From contig OY970359.1 of assembly GCA_963718665.1 (NCBI GenBank), positions 64,001 to 128,000 of the forward strand: DNA of 64,000 nt. Reading direction: 5' to 3'. This DNA comes from an uncultured Phycisphaerales bacterium (GTDB lineage Bacteria > Planctomycetota > Phycisphaerae > Sedimentisphaerales > Anaerobacaceae). The notes under the pieces were generated by a model that was given only the letters and a program-made list of their open reading frames with translations, made no database searches and was not told where the DNA came from. Shown here piece after piece: positions 9,895 through 21,763 of the stretch. The translations under genes and the position numbers were made by a program. Every line of letters starts with the position of its first letter. The first letter of the stretch is position 1.

Positions 9895-10557
9895 ATGCGC
9901 GAAAGTTTTGAAGAACATATCAAAGGGCTCAATGCAGAAGTTGTCGCGATGGGCGAAATGGTGGCGCTGGCTACCAGCCGAAGCGTTGAGGCGCTCGGTA
10001 GTCGTGATATCGAAAAGGCCAAACAAATCATCAATGATGACCTGCTCGTCAACAAGAAGCGATGGCAGATTGAGGAGAAGTGCATCAACCTGATTGCGCT
10101 TCAGCAGCCGGTGGCGACCGACCTGCGGGACATCATAGCGGTGCTGAATATCGTTACCGAGCTTGAGCGGATGGGCGATTACGCGGAAGGCATCGCTAAA
10201 ATCGTCATCATGCTGGGCAATGAGCCGCTTGTCAGACCTTTGATATTTTTGCCCAAGATGGCGGAAAAGGCAAATAGTATGCTCAAAAGGAGTATGCAGG
10301 CCCTTGTCAACAGAGACGCCAAAATGGCAAGCGCTATTTGCAATGAGGATGACGAGGTTGACAAGCTTTACGACGAGGCGTACCACGATTTGCTGATGCG
10401 GATGATTAAGGACCCGAGTATAATATCGAAGGTAACGCCTCTTATCTGGGCGACTCATAATCTCGAGCGAATTGCCGACCGAGTTACGAATATCTGTGAG
10501 AGGATTATTTTCCTTGCGACCGGCTCTATGCCACAGGTAAACGTGTCGAAGTACTGA
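9895..10557 (+). CDS. phoU: Phosphate signalling complex protein PhoU
   Basis: QPVATDLR...ELERMGDYA and LERIADRVTNICE, i.e. two PhoU repeats. ATG at 9895 follows GGAG. Confidence 0.95.
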   Translation: MRESFEEHIKGLNAEVVAMGEMVALATSRSVEALGSRDIEKAKQIINDDLLVNKKRWQIEEKCINLIALQQPVATDLRDIIAVLNIVTELERMGDYAEGIAKIVIMLGNEPLVRPLIFLPKMAEKANSMLKRSMQALVNRDAKMASAICNEDDEVDKLYDEAYHDLLMRMIKDPSIISKVTPLIWATHNLERIADRVTNICERIIFLATGSMPQVNVSKY

Positions 10558-10593
10558 TTAACTGTCGAATAATTCAGCAAGGTCTATATTATT

Positions 10594-11181
10594 ATGACAA
10601 GACCACACCTTATAGCAAAGCTGATACTTGCCGCAGTGGGGGTTAACTTGCTAATGCATTCCCTCGGCGGGATTGGTTCAGCAGTCGTTATGTTAAGTCA
10701 AAAAGATCTCCTCCCGGAAGCCTTTGCCATAAGAGTGTTCATCATCGCCGCTAAATCAGCAATTACCTTCGCCGTATCGCTGATTTTGTTGTTCCGGTCT
10801 GATGGTCTGGTGAGAATAATTGCCGGCCCTGATGCTGACGAGTGTGCAAAAGTCGATGAACGCTGGACAATAGCAGGTTTAAGAATGACAGCGTGCTTTT
10901 GCGGACTCCTGATTCTCTATCGTCGCATAGACCTTCTTTTTTATTATATCCCGGCCTTCATTAATGGCTCAGGTGTTTTTTCTTATACGATATTAGAAAG
11001 GCAATCATCGAGGATTTCATCAACTAGGGCATTGATAATAATCCTAGCAGAAATTGCTGAATGGATTCTCGGAATATATCTGATATTTGGCGCTCCTCAT
11101 TATGTGCGCCGGCAAATACAGGCGATAACAATAGAACAACAACCCAAAAACAGCGGAGTCGATAAAGATGAACAAGAATGA
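10594..11181 (+). CDS. Hypothetical 4-TM membrane protein (paralogue 1)
   Basis: 195-aa ORF with four hydrophobic segments; similar to the next ORF. Confidence 0.75.
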   Translation: MTRPHLIAKLILAAVGVNLLMHSLGGIGSAVVMLSQKDLLPEAFAIRVFIIAAKSAITFAVSLILLFRSDGLVRIIAGPDADECAKVDERWTIAGLRMTACFCGLLILYRRIDLLFYYIPAFINGSGVFSYTILERQSSRISSTRALIIILAEIAEWILGIYLIFGAPHYVRRQIQAITIEQQPKNSGVDKDEQE

Positions 11182-11736
11182 GTTGCGCGTGATGGCAAGA
11201 ATAATGCTGATTGGCGTTGGGCTAAATGTCCTTCTGCAAACATTCTTAACTATTTCGACAAGCGCCATGGCGATACCGTTCGCTGCGTCTGCCGGAATAA
11301 AAATGTCTACGATAATCGTCATAGTTGGGATATACGCCTTAATGGCACTGGCAGTAGTATATTTTCTCGCACGCTGCGCAAATCGGTGTTCTGCCAAAAT
11401 AGTCGAATCAGAGCCGGTCGATGATACGCAAATTTCATGGTTGGCCGTTGCATTCCGTCTTATATGCGTAATATCGGGCGTGTTATTCCTTTTTTGGACA
11501 GTCCCAAACCTGATTGTTACTGTGTTTCATTATATTATGAATATGAATATCAATAACAAATCGGGACAACAACAAATATATGTGAGTATGTCGTCGATAA
11601 CCGATATTGCAAAATATGCAGTCCTGCTGGCAATAAGCATATATCTGGCCTGCGGAGCACCGGGTTTTGTTCGCTGGCAGGTAAGAAGGACACTTAAACA
11701 GTGCGGTAAAATTGAAGAACAAAAGCCAACCTGGGG

Positions 11737-11740
<4 letters not shown>
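11168..11740 (+). CDS. Hypothetical 4-TM membrane protein (paralogue 2)
   Basis: 190-aa ORF with GGAG upstream; shares W..(A/V).(L/F)R and IYL..GAP..VR.Q with the previous ORF. Confidence 0.75.
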
Positions 11741-13344
<1,604 letters not shown>

Positions 13345-13354
13345 AAAAAAAAGA

Positions 13355-13452
13355 TCGGCCGGGTTTACCACGGCACGGCCAAACACCGCGTATGGCTGCT
13401 CGGTTCCCCGCCTGACCAGGTTAACGGGTCGGTCTGCATGGGACCCGGCCGG
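13355..13452 (-). ncRNA. ffs: Small bacterial SRP RNA (4.5S)
   Basis: Minus strand carries CTGGTCAGG-CGGGGAACCG-AGCAGCC (domain IV), closed by CGGCCGGG/CCCGGCCG terminal pairing. Directly upstream of dnaX, a common synteny. Confidence 0.88.
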
Positions 13453-13608
13453 TAAAAACGATTTCCTAATTTCCAATTTACTATTCAGGCGCTTGCAGTA
13501 TAACAAGTCAGCCGAAAATTTCCATAATTTTCGCTTGAACAATTTGTCCCGAAAAGCTAATTAGGATATTATGAATCGAATCAATAAAACCGGATATGGG
13601 AGACAGGT

Positions 13609-13791
13609 ATGAAGGTAAGCATTGAGGATACCTGCACGGCCTGCGGGTTGTGCTGCGACACCTGCCCAGAGGTCTTCGAAATGGGCTCCGATAAGGCGGA
13701 AGTTAAAATAGAGGATGTCCCGGCGGAACATGAAGACGCAGTGCAGCAGGCAGCGGATGAGTGTCCCGTGGAGGCGATAGTCGTAGAATAA
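13609..13791 (+). CDS. Single-cluster ferredoxin
   Basis: CTACGLCCDTCP...CPVEAI; 60 aa, acidic; GGAG upstream. Confidence 0.92.
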   Translation: MKVSIEDTCTACGLCCDTCPEVFEMGSDKAEVKIEDVPAEHEDAVQQAADECPVEAIVVE

Positions 13792-13792
13792 A

Positions 13793-14602
13793 TCAGGATG
13801 ACAGCTCCCGGCTTTTGTTGCGGGCGGCGGTCAGCGCGTCGGCGAGCAATTGAGGGAAATTCTTTGCCGCGAAGACCTTCAGGGCCGCCTCGGTCGTACC
13901 GCCAGAGCTTGTTACCTTGCGGCGAAGTTCGCTGGGACTTTCGCTGAATTTATCACGCTCGGCGGCGAGCAGAGCGGCTCCTTTGGCGGTTTGCAGCACG
14001 AGTATTTTCGCAATTTCCGGAGGCAACCCCATCTCACCTGCAATTCTTATCATTTCTTCCATCATCAGGAAGAAATACGCTGGCCCTGACCCGCTGACGG
14101 CTGTTACAACGTCTATCAGGTCCTCGTTATCGACGATTACTGCCTTGCCAATAGCTGAGAATATCCGCATCGCCTTATCCATCATCGGACGCGCCTTGTT
14201 GTTGGCGAACAACGCGCTCGCCCCTTCGCCTATCAACGCCGGGGTGTTGGGCATAACACGGATTATGGGCTTATCGTTGAGCGCCGCGGTAATTTCGTCG
14301 ATTTTTACGCCCGCCGCGATTGAGATGACAAGTGTGCTGTGCCTGACGGTTGATTCAATCGCCAGCAGCACATTAGCCATATTCTGCGGCTTGACGCTAA
14401 GTATCAGGACATCAACCTGCCCGGCCAGCGCAGTGCTGTTGGGCACCGTCTGGACGTGGTATTGCCTCGTCAGATACTCCAGCCGGTCGGACCGGATATC
14501 GTTGATAAAAATATACTTCGGCTTGCATATATTAGCGTTGATGACTCCCTTAATCAGGGCCTCCGCCATATTGCCCGCGCCGATAAAACCAATTGTGTCC
14601 AT
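13793..14602 (-). CDS. proC: Pyrroline-5-carboxylate reductase
   Basis: IGFIGAGNMA, VKPQ, RVMPNTP, SGSGPAY, VTSSGGTT. Confidence 0.97.
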   Translation of the reverse strand: MDTIGFIGAGNMAEALIKGVINANICKPKYIFINDIRSDRLEYLTRQYHVQTVPNSTALAGQVDVLILSVKPQNMANVLLAIESTVRHSTLVISIAAGVKIDEITAALNDKPIIRVMPNTPALIGEGASALFANNKARPMMDKAMRIFSAIGKAVIVDNEDLIDVVTAVSGSGPAYFFLMMEEMIRIAGEMGLPPEIAKILVLQTAKGAALLAAERDKFSESPSELRRKVTSSGGTTEAALKVFAAKNFPQLLADALTAARNKSRELSS

Positions 14603-14690
14603 AATTCCTCCTTGCTGTAACCAAGGCCCGAATTATAATCTCTCATACAATCTCAAACGCATAATAATAACACGTTTGCGGAGAAAAACA

Positions 14691-15194
14691 ATGCAAAAGC
14701 AGGTAAGTTTCGAGAAAGCATACAAAACCAAATATCCCAAACAGATTGTCATTGTAGTGGCAAAGGATAAAAATGGCAAGGCCAATCCTGTCACCCTGGG
14801 CTGGACAATGATTGCCTCGTATGAGCCGGCGATGATGGCTATAGGCGTCTATAAGGGCCATTACAGCGTCAAATGTATCCGCCATTCGAAGTGCTTTACG
14901 CTGGTTTACCCATCGGTCGATATGGCCAAGGCAACCTTGTTCTTCGGCGAACATTCGGGCAGGGACACCGACAAACTTGCCCAGTTTAACACCAAGACCG
15001 CGCCTACCAAAAAGATTGATTCGGTTTTGCTGACTGATGCCGTAGCAAATTTTGAATGTCGATTGGTTAAGCAGATTGCCACAGGCGACCATATTACCTT
15101 TGTGGGCGAGGTCGTTTGCGCCCATATAAATAAAAAGCCCAAAAAACGCCTGTATTCCTTAGGCACAGGACACAAAGTCGGCGCAGCAAGATAG
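14691..15194 (+). CDS. Flavin reductase family protein
   Basis: YP..IVIVVA..KAN...GW; SGRDTDK; FECRL...GDHITFVGEV. Real start at 14691 after GGAG; the upstream part of the track ORF is antisense to proC. Confidence 0.88.
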   Translation: MQKQVSFEKAYKTKYPKQIVIVVAKDKNGKANPVTLGWTMIASYEPAMMAIGVYKGHYSVKCIRHSKCFTLVYPSVDMAKATLFFGEHSGRDTDKLAQFNTKTAPTKKIDSVLLTDAVANFECRLVKQIATGDHITFVGEVVCAHINKKPKKRLYSLGTGHKVGAAR

Positions 15195-15250
15195 CCAGTT
15201 CAATATGTTTTTGATTTCCCAATTTCGATATTTGGGCGTATGATGTTGCT

Positions 15251-15790
15251 ATGCTTGTAAAGGGGCTTGTGCAGATATATACGGGAGATGGCAAGGGCAA
15301 GACGACCGCGGCCCTTGGACTTGCCTTACGCGCAGCCGGCCAGGGCAACAAGGTTCTCATTTATCAATTTCTCAAACCCCCCTGCTTAAATACCGGCGAA
15401 CGCGTCGCGTTATCATCGCTGCCCTCGGTGAAAATTGAGTCGCTCAATATCCAGTGGGATATGGGAAAATCGCTAAAAGACCCAAAAGCGATATCGGCAG
15501 CACAAACAGCCATTCGCGAATCCCTTGAACACCTGACAAAGTCGGCTATGAATCGTGAATTTGACGTTCTGATTCTCGACGAAATTGTTTACTGTGTTTC
15601 AAAAGGTCTGACCAGTGTCGAGGACTTGAAAAAAGTTATCGAGGGAAAGGATCCGCACGTTGAAATTATCCTTACCGGCCGGGGAGCAACTCCTGAACTG
15701 ATTGCCATGGCCGATTTGGTTACCGAAATGAAAAGCATCAAACACCCGTTTGATAAAGGCACAGCCGCGAGACAGGGGATTGAGTTTTAA
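15251..15790 (+). CDS. cobO: Cob(I)yrinic acid a,c-diamide adenosyltransferase (CobO/BtuR)
   Basis: IYTGDGKGKTTAALG, QFLK, LDEI, LTGR, ADLVTEM..KHPF..G..ARQGIEF. Confidence 0.94.
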   Translation: MLVKGLVQIYTGDGKGKTTAALGLALRAAGQGNKVLIYQFLKPPCLNTGERVALSSLPSVKIESLNIQWDMGKSLKDPKAISAAQTAIRESLEHLTKSAMNREFDVLILDEIVYCVSKGLTSVEDLKKVIEGKDPHVEIILTGRGATPELIAMADLVTEMKSIKHPFDKGTAARQGIEF

Positions 15791-15802
15791 CGACATTTGC
15801 CG

Positions 15803-15831
15803 TTGACTTATCGGAATTGGCGGGAGATAAT
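15803..15831 (+). promoter_or_regulatory. Putative sigma-70 promoter
   Basis: TTGACT-N17-GATAAT upstream of the AGGAGG ribosome-binding site of the 15883 gene. Confidence 0.5.
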
Positions 15832-15882
15832 AACTGCACAGGTATTTAAGGCCAGCGCAATTATTTTAGGAGGACATAAATT

Positions 15883-18800
15883 ATGACGGCGAAAACACAC
15901 CCACGAGGAGCAATATGCACAGGTATTTTGTGCCTGACGATGTTTCTGGAATTCGCTGGTTTTGCCAATGGCAATAACGAACCCAATACCCCCCTGCCGT
16001 CCCGACCTGACGCAGGTCAGTTTAAATACACCGGCGTTCTTTGCGGGCATATCACCGACGCCAAAACAGGACAGCCGGTGACCGACGCAACTGTTATTGT
16101 GGAACGCACAGATAGAGCCAAGACAGACGCAAATGGCTATTACTACGTTAACACAACATACACTGACCGTGATTGCCAAATCGCCGTCGATTCAAATGAC
16201 TACGTAGCCATAACCGATTACCAGTCAATGCCGTCCCTGCGTATTCAAAAGGGCACGCAAACCGTCAAAGATTTCAAGCTCGACAAGGCCTGCATGATAC
16301 AGGTGCAGGTTGTTGATGAGGCAAATCAACCGATTGAAAACACGGAACTCTCGGCTGCATCCTTAACAGATGAATATAGGAATAAATTCAGTGAAATAAA
16401 ACGTCGGACGGACAAAAACGGAGTCGCCATATTTGGCGGTTTGCCACCCAGCAAAACACCATATCAAATTGTCGCCAACCATTATGGTGTAACAGATGAA
16501 CGGTCACATCAAAGGCAATGGGACTATGCGCCCGGCAAACTTGAAGCCCTGCTTAATGATACCAACGTCGTAGAATCAGGGCGGATAGTCCTGCAGAAAG
16601 GCACCGATGTTTATGGCAATGCCCGGTATGAAGACGGCGTTCCCGCGTCGGATTTGAAAATCGAAGCTTCTCCCAACTGGTGGGGCTATAGTTCTTCTCC
16701 GGAAAGCTATCCTATTGACGCCAACGGTAATTTTACACTCCGGCACGTAGCACCAGGTATATACCGTCTTATGGCGTACATACCAATGGTATCGGGCGGG
16801 TCAATGGGTATTACCATTTCGCAAACCACTTTGCCGCCGGCGGATAATGAGCCGCTTAAACTTACAATCCCGCAAAAATCGCCTCAGTCGCTTGTGTCTA
16901 TCCGCGGAAAACTGGTTTTTCCCGGCGGCAAAAAAGCCAAGTTTGTCAACATAGAGGCCTACACCTCTGCCGGCAGAGACCGCTTTTCTCATTCATACCA
17001 CTGGCCAAATTACAAAGACCCCTGTGATATGAATTTTGTAATAGACCGTCTTGAGCCGGGAAAATACAGGGTTACGGTCACATCTTCGGGTATGGAAGAT
17101 AAAATCATTGAAGACGTTAATGCGCCAAGCGATGGGTTTATAGTTGAGCTTGTGCCCGCAGACAAGTTGCACCTGAAAGGCACTGTGCTTAATTATCAGA
17201 CGGGTCAGCCGATTGAACAATTCAAGGCGAGGGCAAAGAAAATAAAGACGTTACGTGGACAGAATTATATGCCGCCTGATCAATGGTCCGCGTTTGATAA
17301 TAACGAGGGCAGGTTCGAGATGGAGGCCCCTGGGCCGGGCATATACCAGGTCCAGATAGCCGCCGAAGGATTTGCGTGGACGTGGAGCAAGGACATTAAT
17401 ACCGACCAAGATGTCCCGCTTGTGATTAAGCTCGGCGCGGGCGGAAGTATTGTGGGCAAAGTAGTTGATGAAAAAGGCAATCCCGTCAGCGGGGCGAAAG
17501 TTGTGCCATTGTCAAAAGCAGGCGGAATAAAAAACACCTTACCAACATATATAAAAGACCCCTTTGAATCGGAAGAAGGCGCCGTTGAGACAGCAGATGG
17601 AAAGTTTGAGTTAAAGCACCTGCAGGCAGGCAGAGAAAGCATAAAGGTTCTGCATCCCGATTATGCGTATTCGATTGTCAGTGATATAGAGGTCAAAGAA
17701 GACCAGCCAACTGAAGGGATTGAAGTTGTATTGAACAAGGGTGCAACTGTTGGGGGTTATGTGTTTGATAATGAGGGGCAACCCCAATCAAATGTTACAC
17801 TTTATTTTAAGAATATTTACAGCAGCGATGAAAAATCAGGACGTGTTGCAGAGGTAACAACAGATATAAATGGCCATTATCAGGCTGAATGTCTCCCTGA
17901 AAAGATGTTAACCGTTAGAAGACAGAAAACGTGGGAAAGCATGGGGGTGGTCTGCCGAACAATAGTCCCGGCCAATGGCAAGGTATCGCGTATTGACCTC
18001 GGAGGAAAGCCAAACGTAACGGGGCGGCTGATTATTGATGGTGAGCCAGTAACCGGTCGCAGAGTCACGCTATCGTCAATCGGCGGAGCAAATTCCGATT
18101 TATTTCGCTGTTACAGTATGACCGAAAACGACGGGTCATTTACGTTCGGCGGGATACCGAGGGGAAAATGGACCATTTATTATGACGACACTGAAAGACG
18201 CAATAACCAGATTAAAGTTGCAGATTTTGAATTAACAGGACAGAATGCGAATTTGGGGACAATTCCAAAGGGAGTTTCTACGGTAAGCATCTCAATTGAA
18301 TACGAGCAGGAATCGCCCAAATGGGAAATTATAAAAGCGTATCTGAAGGATGATAATAATTTCTTTAATCAGCCGGTGACGGAAATAGCTATACCCAACG
18401 ATTATAATCAACCTTTTACTGCCAAATACGTCTTACCTGGGGAGCATTATCTTGTCCTGGTGAGAAAAGATTATTCTTCCCTGAGCTATCCCATAAAGGT
18501 CACTGAAAGCAGCTCGAGTATAAATATCCGTTTGCCGAAATGCACAGCCGGCATCCATGGCCGAATGACAGGCAAATATCTTGGCGGACAAACCGTGTGG
18601 ACAAAAGATAGGTCAGTTGTAAGTTATATAAGACCCGAAAACAACGGCGATTATCAACTCGACAATTTGCCAGCAGGTCAATACCTGCTCGGCGGCAATA
18701 TGCTCATAAAGGAAGGAGCATTGCTTGAATTTGAATTAAAGGAAGGCGAACAAAAAACCTTCGATATAGATATCCCTGAAACACTACCCCACCAAATGGG

Positions 18801-19059
18801 AGGACTACAGGTTATAGTTATCGATGAAAATGGCGCTCTGCTTACGGGAGCCAAAGCATGGCTTCAGAACGGTGCCAGCATAGTTGAACCTGTCGCAGAC
18901 ATAGGCGGGTTCTATTTTGTTACAGAGCCGCAGAAATATGAGCTGCACGCAAAATTCACAGGTTATAAGGAATCAAAACAACAGGTCAAGATTGAAAATC
19001 TGGATTTGAAAACAACAAAGCGTCCTCCCGAACCTGTTTTTGTCCGGCTGGAAAAATAG
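15883..19059 (+). CDS. Large secreted protein with multiple carboxypeptidase-regulatory-like (beta-sandwich) repeats
   Basis: Signal peptide; repeated G.V.D..G.PV..A.V / TD.NG.(Y/F) / L.PG.Y.V motifs across 1058 aa. Confidence 0.85.
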   Translation: MTAKTHPRGAICTGILCLTMFLEFAGFANGNNEPNTPLPSRPDAGQFKYTGVLCGHITDAKTGQPVTDATVIVERTDRAKTDANGYYYVNTTYTDRDCQIAVDSNDYVAITDYQSMPSLRIQKGTQTVKDFKLDKACMIQVQVVDEANQPIENTELSAASLTDEYRNKFSEIKRRTDKNGVAIFGGLPPSKTPYQIVANHYGVTDERSHQRQWDYAPGKLEALLNDTNVVESGRIVLQKGTDVYGNARYEDGVPASDLKIEASPNWWGYSSSPESYPIDANGNFTLRHVAPGIYRLMAYIPMVSGGSMGITISQTTLPPADNEPLKLTIPQKSPQSLVSIRGKLVFPGGKKAKFVNIEAYTSAGRDRFSHSYHWPNYKDPCDMNFVIDRLEPGKYRVTVTSSGMEDKIIEDVNAPSDGFIVELVPADKLHLKGTVLNYQTGQPIEQFKARAKKIKTLRGQNYMPPDQWSAFDNNEGRFEMEAPGPGIYQVQIAAEGFAWTWSKDINTDQDVPLVIKLGAGGSIVGKVVDEKGNPVSGAKVVPLSKAGGIKNTLPTYIKDPFESEEGAVETADGKFELKHLQAGRESIKVLHPDYAYSIVSDIEVKEDQPTEGIEVVLNKGATVGGYVFDNEGQPQSNVTLYFKNIYSSDEKSGRVAEVTTDINGHYQAECLPEKMLTVRRQKTWESMGVVCRTIVPANGKVSRIDLGGKPNVTGRLIIDGEPVTGRRVTLSSIGGANSDLFRCYSMTENDGSFTFGGIPRGKWTIYYDDTERRNNQIKVADFELTGQNANLGTIPKGVSTVSISIEYEQESPKWEIIKAYLKDDNNFFNQPVTEIAIPNDYNQPFTAKYVLPGEHYLVLVRKDYSSLSYPIKVTESSSSINIRLPKCTAGIHGRMTGKYLGGQTVWTKDRSVVSYIRPENNGDYQLDNLPAGQYLLGGNMLIKEGALLEFELKEGEQKTFDIDIPETLPHQMGGLQVIVIDENGALLTGAKAWLQNGASIVEPVADIGGFYFVTEPQKYELHAKFTGYKESKQQVKIENLDLKTTKRPPEPVFVRLEK

Positions 19060-19141
19060 GAGTTTGGGCAAATATTGAGATGTGAGGCGTTTTTGGGGCG
19101 GCCTTTAATAAAGCCCTCATTTCATATTCGGCACGCCGCAT

Positions 19142-19169
19142 TTGATTTTACGCGGAATTCTGCTATAAT
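19142..19169 (+). promoter_or_regulatory. Putative sigma-70 promoter with extended -10
   Basis: TTGATT-N16-TATAAT, preceded by TGc, upstream of the GGDEF gene. Confidence 0.5.
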
Positions 19170-19193
19170 GCTTCCTGGAGTCAAGGGTGATAA

Positions 19194-20234
19194 ATGATGG
19201 TAACTGCAATGGGCAATATGGACACAGGCGGAATCCTGCTGATAGGTAATCCGGCATCAGTGGTTTTGGGAGGCATTCCAGCCGACAAGCCCGCGATTCA
19301 GGTCTGCGGCAATATACACGACGGCATTGAAACCGCGAGAAAAACCCGTTTCGCCGCAATCGCCGTGGTAATGAAAGGCACAGCGGCCAATTTGCGAGAT
19401 GGCCTCGCCCTGCTTCGGGAAAACACCACTGCGAAAATCCTTCTGCTTGCGCGGATGCATGAGGAGCCGGAAGCAATAAAACTTGTAGGCAGCAATGGAA
19501 CATCGCTTGCTGATGATTATCTCATTTGCCCGATTCAAACAGAGCGGCTTTACAATATCGTATGTCGCGGCCCGCTTATGGCTGTGGCCGGAAAAGAACC
19601 GACCGTTACCGACGCGATGCTTCTGGCAAAGATAAGCCGGCTCGAAAAACTGGCGACCGAGGACGATTTGACGGGCCTGAAAAACAGGAGATACCTGTGG
19701 GAATTCGCAAAACAGGTAATCGCCCGTGCAAAACAAGATAACGGGCGTGTAACCGTGCTCGTATTCGATATAGACGACTTCAAACATTATAACGACGTTT
19801 ACGGCCATGCGGCGGGCGATGAGGTGCTAAAGCAGGCGTCGCTTTTAATGAGGCGATGCTGCCGAAGGCACGACATGGTGGCAAGATTGGGCGGCGATGA
19901 GTTCGCGGTGGTATTCTGGGACGACCCGCAAAACCCCCAGCCGACAGATGGCGGCGAAAGACGTTCATTCACCGCAGACCATCCGGGAGAAGTGATATTC
20001 ATCGCAAAACGATTCCGCAGAGAAATTGAAAAGACCAACCTTCGGTTTTTAGGCCCGGACGGCAGAGGTGTGCTGACGATAAGCGGAGGGCTTGCAAGCT
20101 TAAACAGAGACGGCTCAACAACCGAAGAGCTTTTCTCAAAGGCAGACCAGGCGCTTCTCGAAGCAAAACGTAGCGGCAAAAACAGGATTTACCTCGTGGG
20201 CCAGCCCGAAAACGACATCGATAAAATCAAATAA
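19194..20234 (+). CDS. Diguanylate cyclase (degenerate receiver-like N-terminus plus GGDEF)
   Basis: DDLTGLKNRR, DIDDFKHYNDVYGHAAGD, I-site RRHD, RLGGDEF, ADQALLEAKRSGKNR. Confidence 0.92.
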   Translation: MMVTAMGNMDTGGILLIGNPASVVLGGIPADKPAIQVCGNIHDGIETARKTRFAAIAVVMKGTAANLRDGLALLRENTTAKILLLARMHEEPEAIKLVGSNGTSLADDYLICPIQTERLYNIVCRGPLMAVAGKEPTVTDAMLLAKISRLEKLATEDDLTGLKNRRYLWEFAKQVIARAKQDNGRVTVLVFDIDDFKHYNDVYGHAAGDEVLKQASLLMRRCCRRHDMVARLGGDEFAVVFWDDPQNPQPTDGGERRSFTADHPGEVIFIAKRFRREIEKTNLRFLGPDGRGVLTISGGLASLNRDGSTTEELFSKADQALLEAKRSGKNRIYLVGQPENDIDKIK

Positions 20235-20239
20235 CCGCC

Positions 20240-21451
20240 CTACGTTCCCAGAACAATCGTCTCAGTTTTACTGATGAGTTTGTACCGAATACCTCGCCAG
20301 CGAATCGTCCTGCCAAAGACCGAGGACAATATCAAAACAAGCATAAGCAGCGACCAGAGCCAGAACAGCGTAATATCGGCTATTGCCGCGATTTTTAACC
20401 TGGGCCAGTCCTCCGCGAGCAGTTTACTTGCCATACTTTGCCTGAGTATCGCCCTTGTGAATTGCACGATAAAAAACAGAACCGGCACCGCGGTAAAAAG
20501 CCAAATGTACTGATTCTGTGTGATTCCGGCGTAAATCGCCAAAGCGGCCCCGCCCCAAAGCCCAAAAACGGAATATACCGCGCTGAACAAACCAAATGAC
20601 CACGTCTGCGGCGCGTAAACTTTCGTGATAACGAACTGCCTGCGAGCAAATTCGAATAATTTTGCCCAAGTGGTCGATTCTGAGGTGGCCACAAGACAGC
20701 CGGGGACAAACTCGACTTTTTTATGAGCGTCTTTCACGGCGCAACTCAGCGAATAATCATCGCTTACGGCCTTTTGCCAGAGCTTTTCAATACCCAATTC
20801 TCTGAAGGTCTGCACCTGAATCGCCATTGACCCGCCCCAGGCGTGATTGAAAGGCGTGTTGCCCATAAGCTGGGCAATCTTGGCATTTACGGCTGATAAG
20901 GCAAGCGTGGCAAGGTTGCCTGTCCTGGGAACAAACCATCGATAGCCGGTTGCCGCCCCTTTTGATTCAGGATGCCGAAGAGGATAGACCAGATGATGCA
21001 GCCAGGTCGGCTTGACGCAGATATCCGAATCCGCAAAGGCCAGCGTCTCAATATCTTTAGGAATCCGGCAATAAGCATACAGAAGATTATGGATTTTCTG
21101 GCTGCACTCCTGCCCAACCCCGGAAACAAGCACCTGAACGTCGCCAGCGCTTGTGCTGGGGGCCAATTTATCCTTTAACCTGCACAATTGCCCGTATGCG
21201 GGGTCGGCCTTATCCTCTACTACAAACCACAACAGGTAATTTTCGTAATCCTGCCTGTAAAACGAGACAATGTTCTGCTCAAAATTCTCATCGAGGTTTT
21301 TGCAGGGTATTATTAGCGCAACACAAGGCGCATAACGCTTGTGCTTCTTATTGTACTTGGCCAGCGCGAAAAAATAATTTTTCAACGTCAGCGTTGAAAA
21401 AAGCAACTGCGAAATTATTAATACCCCGGCAATATAAACATACCAGCCCAT
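20240..21451 (-). CDS. Glycosyltransferase family 2, ceramide glucosyltransferase / HpnI-like
   Basis: N-terminal TM, IIPCK, SQKIHNL, FADSD, AWGGSMAI, SDD, C-terminal TMs and WRGIRY. Confidence 0.85.
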   Translation of the reverse strand: MGWYVYIAGVLIISQLLFSTLTLKNYFFALAKYNKKHKRYAPCVALIIPCKNLDENFEQNIVSFYRQDYENYLLWFVVEDKADPAYGQLCRLKDKLAPSTSAGDVQVLVSGVGQECSQKIHNLLYAYCRIPKDIETLAFADSDICVKPTWLHHLVYPLRHPESKGAATGYRWFVPRTGNLATLALSAVNAKIAQLMGNTPFNHAWGGSMAIQVQTFRELGIEKLWQKAVSDDYSLSCAVKDAHKKVEFVPGCLVATSESTTWAKLFEFARRQFVITKVYAPQTWSFGLFSAVYSVFGLWGGAALAIYAGITQNQYIWLFTAVPVLFFIVQFTRAILRQSMASKLLAEDWPRLKIAAIADITLFWLWSLLMLVLILSSVFGRTIRWRGIRYKLISKTETIVLGT

Positions 21452-21581
21452 ATCGCCAAATTATCATTTATCAACCATCATTTAGCAATCTCCGTGTCTC
21501 TTTTTTTTGATTATCGATGATTGTCATTTATCCCTTGACTGGAATCGTAAATTGTAAATAATACTCTGATAAATGTCGTAT

Positions 21582-21664
21582 GGGTCGGTGCCCGAGCGGC
21601 TAAAGGGAGCGGACTGTAAATCCGCTGGCGAAAGTCTACGGAGGTTCGAATCCTCCCCGGCCCA
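21582..21664 (+). tRNA. tRNA-Tyr (GTA); CCA not encoded
   Basis: Acceptor stem GGGTCGG/CCGGCCC, anticodon arm GCGGA-CTGTAAA-TCCGC, long variable arm, T arm GGTTCGAATCC. Confidence 0.97.
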
Positions 21665-21763
21665 TTTCCCTTTCGTATTTAGCCATATTTACATTCAATT
21701 GCTATCCTGCGTCTCAAAAGCCATAAATTGACAATGCCCCCCAAATAAGGTAGAAGACATGCT

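Noticed and set aside
13345..13542. 66-aa N-terminal extension of DnaX
   Set aside because: It runs through the SRP RNA; the conserved start is MAYTVLARKYR at 13344.
13917..14690. 425-aa plus-strand ORF as a fusion protein
   Set aside because: The first ~258 aa are antisense to proC or intergenic; only 14691-15194 is a recognisable gene with a ribosome-binding site.
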